Source: Eledone cirrhosa (Eukaryota). Taken from it: 64,000 bases of DNA. Within the stretch, counting starts at the first letter, position 1, and each line of letters begins with the position of its first letter. Location of the stretch: the NCBI GenBank assembly GCA_964016885.1, contig OZ024745.1:123504001-123568000 (forward strand). Direction: 5' to 3'. Below the pieces are notes generated by a model, which saw nothing but the letters and a program-made list of their open reading frames with translations, did not search any database and was not told the origin of the DNA. A program made the position numbers and the translations under genes. Positions 63,612 through 64,000 of this stretch are shown here, one piece after another.

Positions 63612-64000
63612 CAACCCAAGTCTATGGCAACAGTCTCTGGCCATACCCTCGAGTTAACCCAAGTCTATGGCAACAGTCTCTGGCCATACCCTCGGGTTAA
63701 CCCAAGTCTATGGCAACAGTCTCTGGCCATACCCTCGAGTTAACCCAAGTCTATGGCAACAGTCTCTGGCCATACCCTCGAGTTAACCCAAGTCTATGGC
63801 AACAGTCTCTGGCCATACCCTCGGGTTAACCCAAGTCTATGGCAACAGTCTCTGGCCATACCCTCGAGTTAACCCAAGTCTATGGCAACAGTCTCTGGCA
63901 ACAGTCTCTGGCAACAGTCTCTGGCCATACCCTCGAGTTAACCCAAGTTTATGGCAACAGCCTCTGGCCATACCCTCGAGTTAACCCAAATCTATGGCAA
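63612..64000. repeat. 43 bp minisatellite, about 9 copies, runs off the window end
   Basis: Unit ttaacccaagtctatggcaacagtctctggccataccctcgRg, period 43 (63654, 63697...). Confidence 0.97.

Noticed and set aside
63612-64000. CRISPR-like regular repeats (also 11958-12636 and 53917-54064)
   Set aside because: Units are contiguous with no unique spacers, there are no cas genes and the context is eukaryotic.

Overview
AT-rich animal genomic DNA, very likely a coleoid cephalopod (Octopus-like, inferred from the SINE/RTE families and microsatellite load). The only host coding sequence I can support is two short + strand exons (22385-22470, 36622-36743) of a DEAD-box RNA helicase resembling DDX49/Dbp8. 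The rest appears to be large introns filled with mobile DNA: decayed RTE-clade LINEs whose RT is followed by a C4HC3 PHD-type finger, tRNA-derived SINEs, about 16 copies of a ~215 bp TTAA/piggyBac-type MITE nested with two other TTAA families, single Merlin-like, hAT-like, mariner, Helitron, CRE and Penelope-like relics, and mini/microsatellites. The most notable structures are an apparently intact type I hammerhead ribozyme on the - strand (45991-46053), a ~1 kb inverted duplication (52629-53641), repeated insertion into one TTAA site of a MITE family, and two minisatellites whose seed sequence is still visible. Most ORFs in the track are microsatellite artefacts. No prokaryotic features or CRISPR arrays. 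All family assignments come from motif recognition, not database searches.
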